DNA of 64,000 nt from Eledone cirrhosa (GCA_964016885.1 CAXHJY010001727.1:32021-96020); one strand, 5' to 3'. Counted from the stretch's first letter, positions 11,621 through 29,335 are shown. The notes: generated by a model not told the origin, from the sequence alone. A program made the numbers and translations.

Positions 11621-14130
11621 TTAACCCTTTAGCATTCGCATTAATTTTCAAATGTCATGCATGCTTATCTGTTCGCATTTATTTTGAGTTAATCATACTC
11701 AAGAGGGTTATCAATTTCATTTGTTTGTAATTTTCTTAATTTTCTATGTGCAGACTTGAAATTTTGTCAGTAGATGTTAAAATATCAATAATTTACAATT
11801 GTATATTTTTACCAATTTTTTTTGTTAAATTTGACTTTTATGGGCAGGTGAAATTAATTAACAGGTGTAAAAGTAATGACTTTATGGATAAACACAAAAA
11901 TTAAAACTTTATCTGACTTACCTGCTAGATTTGTTACAAAGAATATCCAACAATGACCTAGATGTTGACTTCCAACAATTTTAGCACATTTCCGAACAGG
12001 TGAATTAATTTAAAATGCAGGTATACAGTTTTAGTCTGTCTCTACATTTCATGCAAATATTTTCATTGAAAAAAATGTATAAAACCCTTTCACCAGTCAA
12101 AATAATATTGGCAATATACTCTTACACAATGTACTGAGTAGATTTATATAACAGAATGTGCCCAATATATAAGTTCATTAACAGGTGTGATGCAGGTGTG
12201 GTATCTAATGTGTTCCAATATATTTAAAAATATTTTTTCAATATTGTCAGACAATATTTCTATCATGATATTGGCCAAACAGCCTTTACATAATGGCACT
12301 TTGCAAAAAGGACACATAAATGTGGTTTGAATTGCATAACCTTTAACAGTTTTTCTCTTTTGCAAAGAGCACATTCGGCAAACCTTCTTCCTCCCATTAA
12401 TTTTCTCCACTTTGTGAAAATCCAATATTTTCCGTGTTTACCTCAGATAATTTCGACTTTCTCCCAGCTTTGTGTTTACGAGAAGAATATCCTCCACGTA
12501 GTTGAGAGGCAACGTCTACACGAAATTTCATGTGGCAGTAGTAAATTTGGTGGTGGCGGATTCTTGTGGCTTTTAGTGAATACAATAAAAGAATTCACAA
12601 TGGTTAAATTCACTAAAAACCACAAGATATATCTCCACCATTTTTTTCCAGGGCGTCCAACTGGGTAATACGCGCAATATTGGTCGGATTTGTCAACCCC
12701 ACCCATATATTTATTATAGGAGAGGTTGACTAAAGGAACAAAATTTGCCGCTTGTCTTTATACAATGTGGCTAACAAGTTCCCTTTTTTGCAATTGGAAA
12801 ATGTCCCCTCTCTTTTTAAATTTTGGGATTTTCATTTCTTGGGGTAGCCCTTTGCGATTCCCCATTATTGTACCACATGTGTACGTATTTACGAGGGCAA
12901 GATCCTCTCCTAGACGTACTGAAGAAAAAAAAACGATCAAAATATATGTGTCTGTGTTGAGAGTGAAAGGGTTCAGTCAGAGACCACACAACATCGTACG
13001 CCAAGCCATATTTTCTCTCTCCGTTGTGTTTCTTTCCTGTGTAAACATCAAAGTTTACACAGTAGCCTGTGTCCGATTCACCTTGATGCCCCATTTAGTA
13101 GGTTTAGCTGGCATGTATTGTCTAAAATGAATCCTACTCTTATACCCAATCATAGCTTCATCAACACTAAGATTTTTTCCCAGGTATATACACTGTTTTA
13201 AATTTTTCCGAGAACATTTTAATTACTGGTCGAACTTTATACAGAGGGTCATAATTGAAATCATTTCTACCAGAGGCATTTGAAGTATCAACCAGATGCA
13301 AATATTGGTTTAATTTCAAATACCTTGTTTTTGGCATAATACTCGATATATAAGGGTCGCTAAACCTTATATCAGTGCTCCAGTAATTCCACAGTCTTGA
13401 AAATTGTTTTATACCAAACAATGTTTACGGTAAAAAACGCTTGCATCTCCGCAGCATCTGTCGGTCACTGATCAGGTTTTTTTTTATATGAAATCTGCTG
13501 TTGGGTATATCGATTTGTCTCTTTTGCCACAACTTCGAAGAAAGTTTGTGGCAAAAACAAAAAGAAATAATCCAGTGCTTTAGCATCGGGAGGTAATATA
13601 TGCTGTGGACCAGTATTTTCAACAAAATCGGGAACATGTATTGGTGTGGTATTTTTCGACCATGTTGCTGAAATATCTTCAATGGCACCCTGGAGATCTG
13701 CTTCGCTTTCACTTTCAAAATAACAATCTTCGTCGGACGAAATTTCAGAAATATAAACATCAGATTCATTTGATGATATATCACTAATATTACCGTTTGT
13801 TTCTTGTTTATTCTGAATGTCGTCTTGTGTAAAACCTTCAAAGTCGATATTGCTACTTTCAGAAACCATGTTGATACAAAAAAAATTTGTTGCACTTTCA
13901 AAGTTAAAAAAACGTGTCGCTTTAACTTGTTTCACTATATTAAGTGTTAATTTTCGCGGTAAAGGCCTAATCTCGCAGTAGTCTCGAATTGACGAGATTT
14001 TGATGATGGTTTGTTTATTTTTAGAACGATATTTTAGTGTAGGTGTTTTCAGGCGCTTTCGGGCGGTTTGAACAAATGAAGGGGAAATAATTTTGGATGC
14101 TTTCGGGCGGTTTGAACACTAAAGGGTTAA
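11621..14130 (-). mobile_element. Full-length but frameshifted piggyBac (PGBD4-like) DNA transposon
   Basis: TTAA TSDs at 11621-11624 and 14127-14130, TIRs CCCTTTAG..TTC, and a subterminal direct repeat GCTTTCGGGCGGTTTGAACA twice. The transposase is in pieces from about 13868 to 12200: acidic N-terminus, DPLYKVRP, VDEAMI, MGGVDKSDQ, KKWWR, and a C-terminal CxxC...CxxC..PLC cysteine-rich domain. Confidence 0.93.
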
Positions 14131-14356
14131 GGAAACACTGCTCTCAAGAGACTAGCTGAAGTGTTCAGGTTTCTAGAGTCATACAGAGACTCCATAAAAC
14201 TGACCTCCCCACTACATCAGCAGAGAGAGAGAGAGAGAGATAAATGGATAGACAGAGATCGATAGAAAGAGAGAGAGAGATGGATAGAGAGAGCTGGACA
14301 GACAGAGAAAGAGCCAATTAGGATATTAATATTTAAAAAAACGGTAAATAAAATAC

Positions 14357-14467
14357 CTGGTGGTGGTCCTCTCATAGAAGGTGGAGGTGGCGCACTGCGT
14401 CCCATTGGAGGAGGTCCTCGCATTCCCATCATCATGTTTCCAGGAGGTGCAGCACCCCGACCTGGAG
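14357..14467 (-). CDS. SNRPB: Internal 111-bp exon of the Sm B/B' gene (PGRGAAPPGNMMMGMRGPPPMGRSAPPPPSMRGPPP-G)
   Basis: Bounded by a TTTTAG acceptor and a CAG|GTATTT donor, phase 1-1. It encodes Pro/Gly/Met/Arg repeats of the SmB tail. The Sm-domain exons were not found in the window. Confidence 0.82.
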
Positions 14468-14571
14468 CTAAAATAGATAAATCATCAACATTAATAAGAG
14501 TTCCAATAAACTATACATACATACATAAGTTGATGTAATGAAATCTTGTCTATATGCCCAATAGGCTACAC

Positions 14572-14914
14572 CTGAGTTTCCCAAACTGGGCAATATCGCC
14601 CAACGGTGGGGAATTTCAACTGTTGGGTGGGAGATGAACAACTGAACAGAAAATGGTGAGTAATTGGAAATTTTGGTAGACAATATAGGATTTTTAGTAT
14701 TAAGAAGGTATTTAAACATATATTACCCGGAAAAAATATTCAAAAGAGATATACAAAGAAACTGAAAAAAAAAAAACACAGGAGGCTAAATGGGGAACAA
14801 CAAACTTTTACCAAACAGTTATGGTACGCTTTTGAATATTTACTATATTGGTGGGTGATGGAAAATGTTTCCATGTGAAAGTGGGTGATGATGCAAAAAA
14901 GGTTTGGACCCCTG
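14572..14914. mobile_element. hAT (Charlie-like) MITE
   Basis: Ends CTGAGTTTCCCAAACT and AGGTTTGGACCCCTG; 8-bp flanking repeat GGCTACAC/GGCTAAAC. Confidence 0.7.
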
Positions 14915-15380
14915 GGCTAAACATATACAGGCTAGGGTGTTCTAATCATAATTTCAACTAACAGTAGTACAAAACATCAACATATTTCAACTGGTATTTG
15001 ATAATGTTCATGATCACTTTTTTAGGTCAATTACTTGGGGAAGGACTATATTATCTGCTGGTCATTCTTTCACAGTGACAGGAAGCAGGATTTGAACTTA
15101 CAACACAGTCAGAACGGATAATGCAAAAAGCATCTTGCCCAAATCTTTAACAATTCCACTGCCTCTAGATTAGCACTTTATTATGAAAGGGTTAAATGAA
15201 ATAGTTCATGTTAAGAAACCAAGACACTTATTCCAAAAATACATTCTGCAATAAACTAAAATGGTTTTGTAGAGAATTTTTCCATTCATTTAGCATCAAT
15301 GAGATTTCACTTAACACTTTGAGTGCCAATGCCACTTTGGTTAATTTACTACTCCAGACAAGAATTACTAAGATTACATA

Positions 15381-15600
15381 TTAACTCTTTCAATAGCAAA
15401 CAGTTTGAAACTGCTTCTGGTTCTCTGATATAAAACTGTTTTTATCAAAGAACCTTCCATCATAATTTTAGGTAAGAACATTTAGATATGTTCCAAACAC
15501 TAACTAAATAATGGGAAAGTTAATTCTTGATTATTTTCAAAATTATTTGAAAATCATAAGCAGTGTCTTCCATTAAAAATTTTGTAACAAAAGGGGTAAT
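15381..15600. mobile_element. Degenerate TTAA-flanked MITE (family also at about 10225-10470 and 33219-33380)
   Basis: TTAACTCTTT...AAAGGGGTAA ends; shared internal TATGTTCCAAA.AC.AGCT.AATAAT and AGCAGTGTCTT motifs. Confidence 0.6.
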
Positions 15601-16875
15601 TTTTTTTGTATTTTTCCCCAAAAAAAATTCTTTCAAATAAAATACAAAAGATATTTTGTTCAAAATTTATTTATTTTAGTTTGGAAACTACAGACCCGGC
15701 ACACAACAGGTGGGTAATAAAACGCACCATTATGTGTATGGCATGCAAAAATTTAACACCATATGCTACACTCACACAGATAAAAAAAAAGAAATTGAAG
15801 AAATCTTTTAATACTAAGCACAAAGCCAGCAATTATGGGGAACATCGATTATATAAACCCACTATTTGACTGGTACCATATTTTATCGATAGCAGCAAAC
15901 TGGCAAAGTCATTAGAACGTTGGTTAAAATGCTTTGTGGTATTCGTTCCAAATCAAATCCCACAAAGGTCAACTGTCTTTCATCCATTTAAGGTCAATAA
16001 AAAAAAGTACCAGTTTAGTACTGGGTCGATTCTTCCTCTATCTCTTTCACTTCCTTTCTGTTACTCGCAATCCTTCTCTGGAAGAATTCTGCTGTATTCA
16101 GACCTGGAGAGGAGGTGGGCTCCACCAGGTTTTCAAATGCACTAGAAACAGCATATGTCAATATGGCACTCCTACAGCTTCCTCAGGAGTTACAGATTCA
16201 TACACATATTTTATCAACCTTGGAAGGATGAAAGGCAAAACTAACCTTGAGAGGATTTGAACTTAGAATGTAAAGAGCCGTTACTTTATGCTGCAAAGCA
16301 TGCTGTCTGACACTGTACTCATACTGCCAATCCACCACCCTACTCCGTTCTAATAATAGTTTCTGATTTAGGCACAAGATCAACAATTTTAGGGGGATGA
16401 GAAAGTCAATTAAATCAAGTCCAGTGCATTACTGATGCTGTATTTTATTGACCTTGGAAGGATGAGAGGCAAAGTTAACCTCGGCAAGAATTGAACTGAG
16501 GATGTAAAATGCCATAACAATGCCACAAATCATGTTGCTCGATGTTCTACCAATACTACCACAAATTATTAAAGTCTAAATAACAACAATATCAACAAAG
16601 AGTCATCAGTTTAGATTAGAGAAGAAATCTCATGAAAAAAACAAAGAAGAAGAAGCTAAAATTACTCTTGTAAGAGAAAAATCTGGAAGTCAAACGAAAG
16701 AATTAAGAAGCTTGCAGCTAACTTACACTATCATACATCTACAAGCAACATTTTTACAACATAATTTAAAAATAATAATAAATTCAAACAGAATTCATAA
16801 AATATACTGCTTGTAAACATTTATCATAGAATAATGAAACAAATAAAGTGAATAAAACAATTAAATTGTATGAGT

Positions 16876-16941
<66 letters not shown>

Positions 16942-17564
16942 ACACATAAAAGCATTTCTAAGAACAGAAAAAAGCAGTTGCAGAAGATTTCATGCCTTGG
17001 TAGGCTGATGTCCATTGAAAGAAGAAGACATAAGAAGGACAATATAGGAATCAATTCCTGCAACATATTGCCGATTTAACTAGTGGCAATATCTTTATAA
17101 TGTTTCGCATTTTTATATTATTTTTCACTCAGATGGAAATTTTTAATGAAACAACATATCAACAACAAGTATATAGTAGAGAGAAGAGAGAGACAGTTTG
17201 CAAAAAAAATAAACAAACAATATATACTTACACACCTATATACAGATATATATATACACACATGTATATATACACACACACATATATAAATATATATATA
17301 TACAAATATACATATACACACACATATATACATATATATATATATACACACATATATACATATATATATATATACACATATATATACACACATATATACC
17401 TATATATATATACACACGCATATATATATACATATACACATATACACATACATACATATATATATATACACATATACACGCATACATATATACATATATA
17501 TACATATACACATACACACATACATACATATATATACACATATATACATATACACATATACACA

Positions 17565-19322
17565 CATCATCATCATCAACGTTTAACGTCCGTGTTCCAC
17601 GCTTGCATGGGTTTGGACGGGGGTATTCCCACTTGAGGCAAGAGTGATTGTCTTGCTCGCATAGGACTGTCTGGCAGGTTTTCTACAGTTGGATGCCCTT
17701 CCTAACACCAACCACATTTACAGTGTGGGACTGGGAGGTTTTTACCGTGTTGCCTACACGGCCACATTACAGCGTGGACTGTGTGTTTTTTTGTCGTGAC
17801 ACCTACACGATCTCATTTGTTTCGGCCTGGATGTTGTGGCACCAACATAACTTTACATAGGAGGGGGTGGTGTGGATGGGGTGTGGGTGGTGGGTGTATT
17901 TTGTTAGAGATGCCTACTGGCTGTAGTAGGTTTTACTATGTATTTAGGTAAGGCGGGTCTTCTCTATTACTGAGTACCGCCAAAGGTCTCGGTCCAGTGA
18001 CATTGTCTTGGTGAGGTGTAAGTGTGTGAGGTCGGAGTTTATCAGCTCATCCCAGGTTTTTCTGGGTCTACCTATTCCGTGGCTACCGTGTATCTTTATT
18101 GCCCTGCACTTTGTTATATAGCTATCGTCCTTCATGCGCATTACGTGACCATACCAACGTAGCCTTCTCTCGAGTAGACAACATCTGATCCCTCTTATTT
18201 CTAATTCTTTCCTTAGTTCGTTTATGCTTTGTCGTTCACGTATATTACTATTACACATCCAGCGGAGCATGCAAGCTTCGTTTCTCTCTAGTCTGCGTAT
18301 ATCTTCTGCACACAATGCCCAGGTCTCACTGCCATGCAACATTGCTGTTCGTATGCAGGCATCGTACAACCTGCCTTTCATTTTTAGGGAGAACCCTTTA
18401 GCAACTAATAGTGGTATAAGCTCTCTGAACTTTTTCCACCCAGTTCTGACTCTAGCTACTGTACTTTCAGAGCACCCTCCCCCCACTGCTGATTTTGTCA
18501 CCCAGGTAACGGAAGCTGTCCACTATTTCTATAGAACCCTCTGCGCAGCTGAAAGAGCTAGTATTTTGTGGGCACTTGCTGCTACTTATTGCGCCGGAAC
18601 ACCGGCCACATGTAAAATCTATGTTCTTAGTTAGCTTACCTGTGATACCACTACATCTTTTATGCACCCAAACATTGCATTTGGGACACAAAATGGAATT
18701 TCTACTTTCGCCTTTCCTACACTCTGCACATGGCCACTTCCCGGAGGGGACCGCCGCCTTATTTTCTTTCATACAAACTAGAACTTTAGTCTTAGCCAGG
18801 TTAATTTTAAGGCCTTTTGATTCTAGGCCGTGCTTCCATGTTTGGAATTTCTTCTCTAGCTCGGCCATTGATTCAGCTATGAGCGTTAGATCATCTGCGT
18901 ATAGGAGTTCCCATGGGCAGCCGGTCTTGAACTCCACTGTTATAGCCTGGAGGGCAATAATAAATAGTAGGGGGCTAAGAACAGATCCCTGATGAACACC
19001 AACTTTTACACTAAACTCTTCACTATATTCGTTGTTAATTCTAACCTTGCTGACTGTTTCTTTATACATGGCTTGTATAGCTCTCACAAGCCATTCATCA
19101 ACATCTAGTTTTCTAAGAGCCCACCAGATAATGGAACGGGGGGACACTGTCGAAGGCCTTCTCCAAGTCGACGAAAGCTAAGTATAGGGGTTTACTTTTA
19201 GCTAGGTACTTCTCCTGTAGTTGTCGTACAATGAAAAGAGCGTCTGTGGTACTTTTGCCTGACACAAACCCGAACTGCATTTCATCTAGATCAATTCGCT
19301 CTCTGATTAGTTGCTCTATTAC
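17565..19322 (-). mobile_element. RTE-clade LINE, 5'-truncated, with two frameshifts
   Basis: Motifs [33 protein letters not shown] and GRPRKTW; 3' UTR ends GGACGTTAAACGTT(GAT)n. Same family as 59400-61473. Confidence 0.95.
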
Positions 19323-19432
19323 ATACATATATATATATATACATATATATATACATATACACATATACACACATACATACATATATATATATACATATAT
19401 CTACACATATACACACATACATACATATACAC

Positions 19433-19463
<31 letters not shown>

Positions 19464-19474
19464 TATATATATAT

Positions 19475-19519
<45 letters not shown>

Positions 19520-19666
19520 TACACATATATATATATATATACATATATATACACATATATATATATATATATACATATATATATACACACATATATATAC
19601 ACATATATATATATATACACACATATATATATATATATACACACATATATATATACATATATATAT

Positions 19667-19709
<43 letters not shown>

Positions 19710-19842
19710 TATATATATATATATACACACACATATATATATATACACACATATATATATATATACACACATATATATATATATATATACACACATATAT
19801 ATATACACACATATATATATATATATACACATATATATACAC

Positions 19843-19877
<35 letters not shown>

Positions 19878-20957
19878 TAGACATATATATATATATATAC
19901 ACACACATATATATACACATATATATATATACATATATATACACACACATATATACACATATATATATATATATACACACACATATATATACACATATAT
20001 ATATATACATATATATACACACACATATATACACACATACATATATACACACATACATATATACACACATACATATATACACATATTTATATACAGACAT
20101 ATATACATACACACATTTATATACACACATATATACATACACATATGTATATACACATATATATACATATATACATACACACATTTATATACACACATAT
20201 ACATACACATTTTTATACACACATATATACATACACACATTTATATACACATACACACATTTATATACACATATATATATACATATATACATACATACAT
20301 ATATACACACATTTATATACACATATATATACATATATACATACGCATATATATATACATAAATACATACACATATATATATACATAAATACATACACAT
20401 ATATATATACATAAATACATACGTATATATATATACATAAATACATACACATATATATATTACATAAATACATACATATATATATATAAATAGATACATA
20501 CACATATATATATACATAAATACATACACATATATATATACATAAATACATACATATATATATATAAATACATACATATATATATATAAATACATACATA
20601 CATATATATATACATAAATACATACATATATATATATACATAAATACATACATATATATATATACATAAATACATACATATATATATACATATATATATA
20701 TATATACACATATATATATACATAAATACATACATATATATATATATATACATAAATACATACATATATATATATACATAAATACATACATATATACATA
20801 TATATATACACATATATATACATAAATACATACATATATATATACATGTATATATACATATATATATACATATATATATATACATATATACACATACATA
20901 AATACATACATATATATATACATAAATACATACATATATATATACATACATATATAT

Positions 20958-20990
<33 letters not shown>

Positions 20991-21118
20991 CATAAATACA
21001 TACATATATATATACATACATATATATATACATACATATATATATATATATATATACATAAATACATACATATATATATACATACATATATATATACATA
21101 AATACATACATATATATA

Positions 21119-21727
21119 TGGTGGCTGCCAACTCGTTTTCGAGTACGGCCACTGCTTTATATCCATGTAGGAGAACCCCTACCGATGCGCTGAACGAATG
21201 TGACTTTTTAGTCCAGCCAGCGACTTGAAAACTCTGGTACAAAGACTACACTTGTGACCATTATTGACACATAGTGCAGGGCCCATGGTACCATGTGATG
21301 ACAAGTGTAGAGAGATCTCCAGATATAAAGCAATGCCTGTGCTGTGAAGCTTTTATAGTGAGCAAAGGCACTGCACAAAGCCAGTCCCACTCTCTTAACC
21401 AAGATGATATTTACCAAAAAGAAGAACAAGTCAACATCATTGGATACCATCAGGGTTGCAGCTGTTATATCAGAGTTTTCCTTCTCCTAGAATTCTGCCT
21501 TGACAAAGGCTAAGGGGTCATCTCTCCCGGTGATTTTGGATGGCTATTTAGTCTTAAGAGCTCCCTTGCCCTTTGACAGGTTTTGTTTTTAGTCATGCAG
21601 GATGTCCAAAGTCACCCTCCTCACCAAGAAACCTTGGTGGGGTTGCCAGTTTAGTCGCCAACGACCCGACCATGAGACAGGTTGTACTGGGATACATGTT
21701 ACCAGTAGCACCAACTGGTGACCTGAC
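21119..21727 (-). mobile_element. Non-autonomous bipartite RTE-derived element, copy 1
   Basis: The 5' part has the RTE 5'UTR-like CTAGGAGAAGGAAAACTCTGAT. The 3' part encodes a C2H2 finger ([25 protein letters not shown]) and an RTE-like 3' hairpin. Confidence 0.72.
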
Positions 21728-22001
21728 ATATATATATAAATACATATATATATACATATACATACATATATATACACATATATATACATATACATACATA
21801 TATATACACATATATATACATATATATATACATATATATACATATACATACATATATATACACATATATATATATATACATATATATATATACACATATA
21901 TATACATATACATATACATATATATACATATACATACATATATATACACATATATATACATATATATACACATATATATATATATACATATATATATATA
22001 C

Positions 22002-22032
<31 letters not shown>

Positions 22033-22395
22033 TATACATATACATACACATATATATACATATATATATATATACATACATATATAAACATATACATACA
22101 TATATATACACATATATATATACATATACATACATATATATATATATATACATATACATACATATATACATATATATACACATATATATACACATATACA
22201 TACATATATACATATATATACACATATATATACATATATATATATATACATATACATATATATATATACATATATATATATATACATATACATACATATA
22301 TATACATATATATACATATACATACATATATATACATATATATACATATACATACATATATATACATATACATACATATACATACATATATATAC

Positions 22396-22426
<31 letters not shown>

Positions 22427-22439
22427 CATATACATATAC

Positions 22440-22490
<51 letters not shown>

Positions 22491-22562
22491 CATATATATA
22501 TACATATACATATATATATACATATACATATATATATATATACATATATATATACATATACA

Positions 22563-22596
<34 letters not shown>

Positions 22597-22608
22597 CATA
22601 TATATACA

Positions 22609-22660
<52 letters not shown>

Positions 22661-22672
22661 CATATATATACA

Positions 22673-22758
<86 letters not shown>

Positions 22759-22770
22759 CATATATATACA

Positions 22771-22804
<34 letters not shown>

Positions 22805-22821
22805 CATATATATACATATAT

Positions 22822-22868
<47 letters not shown>

Positions 22869-22913
22869 TACATATATATATATATACATATATATATACA
22901 TATATATATATAC

Positions 22914-22944
<31 letters not shown>

Positions 22945-23051
22945 CATATATATATATACATACATATATATACATATATATATATACATACATATATATA
23001 CATATATATATATACATATATATACATATATATATATATACATATATATAC

Positions 23052-23082
<31 letters not shown>

Positions 23083-23112
23083 CATATATATACATACATA
23101 TATACATATATA

Positions 23113-23182
<70 letters not shown>

Positions 23183-23193
23183 CATATATATAC

Positions 23194-23246
<53 letters not shown>

Positions 23247-23275
23247 CATATATATACATATATACATATATATAC

Positions 23276-23392
<117 letters not shown>

Positions 23393-23513
23393 CATATATA
23401 TATACATATATATACATACATATATACATATATATACATACATATATACATATATATACATATATATATATATACATATATATACATACATATATACATA
23501 TATATATATATAC

Positions 23514-23564
<51 letters not shown>

Positions 23565-25253
23565 CATATATATATACATATATATATACATATATATATA
23601 CATATATATATACATATATATATATATACATATATATATACATATATATATACATATATATATACATATATATATATACATATATATATACATATATACA
23701 TATATATATACATATATATATACATATATATATACATATATATATACATATATATATACATATATATATACATATATATATATACATATACATATATATA
23801 TATACATATACATATATATATATACACATATATATACATATATACATATACACATATATATACATATACATGTATATATATATATACATATATATATATA
23901 CATATACATATACACATATACATATACATATACATATATATATACATATATACATATACATATATACATATACACATATACATATATACATATACACATA
24001 TACATATACATATACATATATATATATACACACATACATATATATATATACACACATACATATATATATATACACATATATATATATACACACATATATA
24101 TATATACATATATATATACATATACATATATATATATACATATACATATATATATACATATATATATATACATACATATATATATATACATATACATATA
24201 TACATATACATATATATATATACATATATATATACACATATACATATATACATATACATATATATATATACATATATATATACACATATATATATACATA
24301 TATATATATACATATATATATACATATATATATATACATATATACATATATATATACACATATATATATACATATATATATATATACATATATATATACA
24401 CATATATATATATACATATATATATACACATATATATATACACATATATATATATACATATATAAATACACATATATATATATACATATATATATATACA
24501 TATATATATATACATATATACATATATATATACATATATATATATACATATATATATATACATATATATATACACATATATATATATACATATATATATA
24601 CACATATATATATATACATATATATATACACACATATATATACACATATATATATACACATATATATATATATACATATACATATATATATATACATATA
24701 TATATATACATATATATATATACATATATATATATACATATATATATATACATATATATATATACATATATATATATACATATATATATATACATATATA
24801 TATACATATATATATACATATATATATACATATATATATACATATATATATATATACATATATATATACACATATATATATACATATATATATACACATA
24901 TATATATACACATATATATATATACATATATATATATACACATATATATATATACATATATATATACATATATATATACACATATATATATACATATATA
25001 TATACACATATATATATACACATATATATATACATATATATATACATATATATATACATATATATATATATACATATATATATACATATATATATACATA
25101 TATATATACATATATATATACATATATATATACATATATATATACATATATATATATACATATATATATATACATATATATATATACATATATATATATA
25201 CATATATATATATACATATATATATACACATATATATATACATATATATATAC

Positions 25254-25368
<115 letters not shown>

Positions 25369-25436
25369 CATATATATACATATATATATATACATATATA
25401 TATACACATATATATACATACATATATACATATATA

Positions 25437-26030
25437 TGGTGGCTGCCAACTCGTTTTCGAGTACGGCCACTACTTTATATCCATGTAGGAGAACCCCTAC
25501 CGATGCGCTGAACGAATGTGACTTTTTATTCCAGCCAGCGACTTGAAAACTCTGGTACAAACACTACACTTGTGACAATTATTGACACATAGTGCTGGGC
25601 CCATGGTACCCTGTGACGACAAGTGCAGAGATCTCCAGGTATAAAGCAATGCCTGTGCCGTGAAGCTTTTATAGTGAGCAAAGGCACTGCACAAAGCCAG
25701 TCCCACTCTCTTAACCAAGATGATATTTACCAAAAAGAAGAACAAGTCAACATCATTGGATACCATCAGGGTTGCAGGTGTTATATCAGAGTTTTCCTTC
25801 TCCTAGAATTCTGCCTTGACAAAGGCTAAGGGGTCATCTCTCCCGGTGATTTTGGATGGCCATTGACTCTTAAGAGCTCCTTTGCCCTTTGACAGGTTTT
25901 GTTTTTAGTCCTGCAGGATGTCCAAAGTCACCCTCCTCACCAAGAAACCTTAGTGGGGTTGCCAGTTTAGTCGCCAACGACCCGACCATGAGACAGGTTG
26001 TACTGGGATACATGTTACCAGTAGCACCAA
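25437..26030 (-). mobile_element. Non-autonomous bipartite RTE-derived element, copy 2
   Basis: Near-identical direct repeat of 21119-21716. Confidence 0.72.
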
Positions 26031-26221
26031 GTATATATATGTATATATATATGTATATACATATATATATACATATATATATACATATATATATACATAT
26101 ATATATACATATATATATACATATATATATACATATATATATACATATATATATACATATATATATACATATATATATACATATATATATACATATATAT
26201 ATACATATATATACATATATG

Positions 26222-26253
<32 letters not shown>

Positions 26254-26470
26254 TATATATACATATATATACATATATATACATATATATATACATATAT
26301 ATATACATATATATATACATATATATATACATATATATATACATATATATATACATACATATATATATATACATACATATATACATATATATACATATAT
26401 ACATATATACATATATACATATATATATATATACATATATACATATATACATATATATATATATACATAT

Positions 26471-26505
<35 letters not shown>

Positions 26506-26582
26506 CATATATACATATATACATATATATATATATACATATATACATATATACATATATACATATATATATATATACATAT

Positions 26583-26613
<31 letters not shown>

Positions 26614-26682
26614 TACATATATACATATATACATATATACATATATATATATACATATATATATACATATACATATATATAC

Positions 26683-26761
<79 letters not shown>

Positions 26762-26818
26762 CATATATACATATATACATATATACATATATACATATAT
26801 ATATATATACATATATAC

Positions 26819-26849
<31 letters not shown>

Positions 26850-27456
26850 CATATATACATATATATATATATACATATATACATATATACATATATATAC
26901 ATATATACATATATATACATATATACATATATATACATATATATATACATATATATACATATATATATATACATATATATATATATACATATATATATAC
27001 ATATATATACATATATATATATATATACACATATATATATATATATACACATATATATACATATATATACATATACATATATATATATACATATATATAC
27101 ATATATATACATATATATACATATATATACATATATATACATATACATATATATATATACATATACATATATATATATACATATACATATATATATATAC
27201 ATACATATATATACATATACATACATATATATACATATACATATATATATATACATATACATATACATATATATATATACATATATATACACATATATAT
27301 ATATACATATATATACACATATATATACACATATATATATATACATATATATACACATATATATATATACATATATATACACATATATATACACATATAT
27401 ATATATACATATATATACATACATATATATATACATATATATATACATATATATAC

Positions 27457-27489
<33 letters not shown>

Positions 27490-27666
27490 CATATATATAC
27501 ATATATATACATATATATACATATATATATACACATATATATATATATATACACACATATATATATATACATACATATATATATATATATACATATATAT
27601 ATACACATATACATATATATATATACATATATATATATACATATATATACATATACATATATATAC

Positions 27667-27729
<63 letters not shown>

Positions 27730-27839
27730 CATATATATATATACATATATATATATATACATATATATATATACACATATATATATATACACATATATAT
27801 ATATACACATATATATATATACACATATATATATACACA

Positions 27840-27873
<34 letters not shown>

Positions 27874-27966
27874 CATATATATACGCTATTCCGGGTTGAA
27901 TCGGAGGTAACCACAGTAAGTAAGGTACTCAATACATAGCAGAGTATAACAGTTTTAATATAGATG

Positions 27967-28011
27967 AGATTCTACAGGACTAGAACTGTTTCATTCATTA
28001 GAAATCATCAG
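27967..28011 (-). ncRNA. 5'-truncated hammerhead remnant
   Basis: Reverse complement: CTGATGA-TTTC TAAT GAAT-GAAA-CAG..CTG-TA-GAATCT; the 5' arm of stem I is replaced by microsatellite. Confidence 0.6.
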
Positions 28012-28023
28012 ATACATATATAC

Positions 28024-28054
<31 letters not shown>

Positions 28055-28071
28055 CATATACATATATATAC

Positions 28072-28140
<69 letters not shown>

Positions 28141-29304
28141 TATACATATATATACATATATATACATATATATATATACATATATATACATATATATATA
28201 TACATATATATACATATATATATACATATACATACATATATATACATATATATATACATATATATACATATATATATACATATACATACATATATATACA
28301 TATATACATATATATACATATATATACATACATATATATACATATATATACATATATATACATATATATACATATATATATACATATATATACATATATA
28401 TACATATATATACATACATATATATACATATATATACATATATATACATATATATACATATATATATACATACATACATATATATATATACATATATATA
28501 CATATATATATATACATATATATACATATATAATACATACATATATATATATATACATATATATACATATATATATATACATATATATACATATATATAC
28601 ATACATATATATATATACATATATATACATATATATACATACATATATATATATACATATATATATATACATATATATACATATATATATATACATATAT
28701 ATACATATATATACATACATATATATACATATATATACATATATATATATACATATATATACATATATATACATATATATATATACATATATATACATAT
28801 ATATATACATATATATATATATATACATATATACATATACATACATATATATATACATATACATATATATATATACATATATACATATACATATATATAT
28901 ATACATATACATATATATATATACATATATACATATACATATATACATATATATATACATATATACATATACATATACACATATATACATATACATATAT
29001 ACATATATATATACATATACATATATACATATATATATATATATACATACATACATATATATATACATATACATATACATATATATACATATATACATAT
29101 ATATACATATATATATATACATATATATATATACATATATATATATACATATACATACATATATATATATACATATACATATATATACATACATATATAT
29201 ATATATATACATATACATACATATATATACATATACATACATATATATATATACATACATATATATATATATATACATATATATACATATATATATATAC
29301 ATAC

Positions 29305-29335
<31 letters not shown>

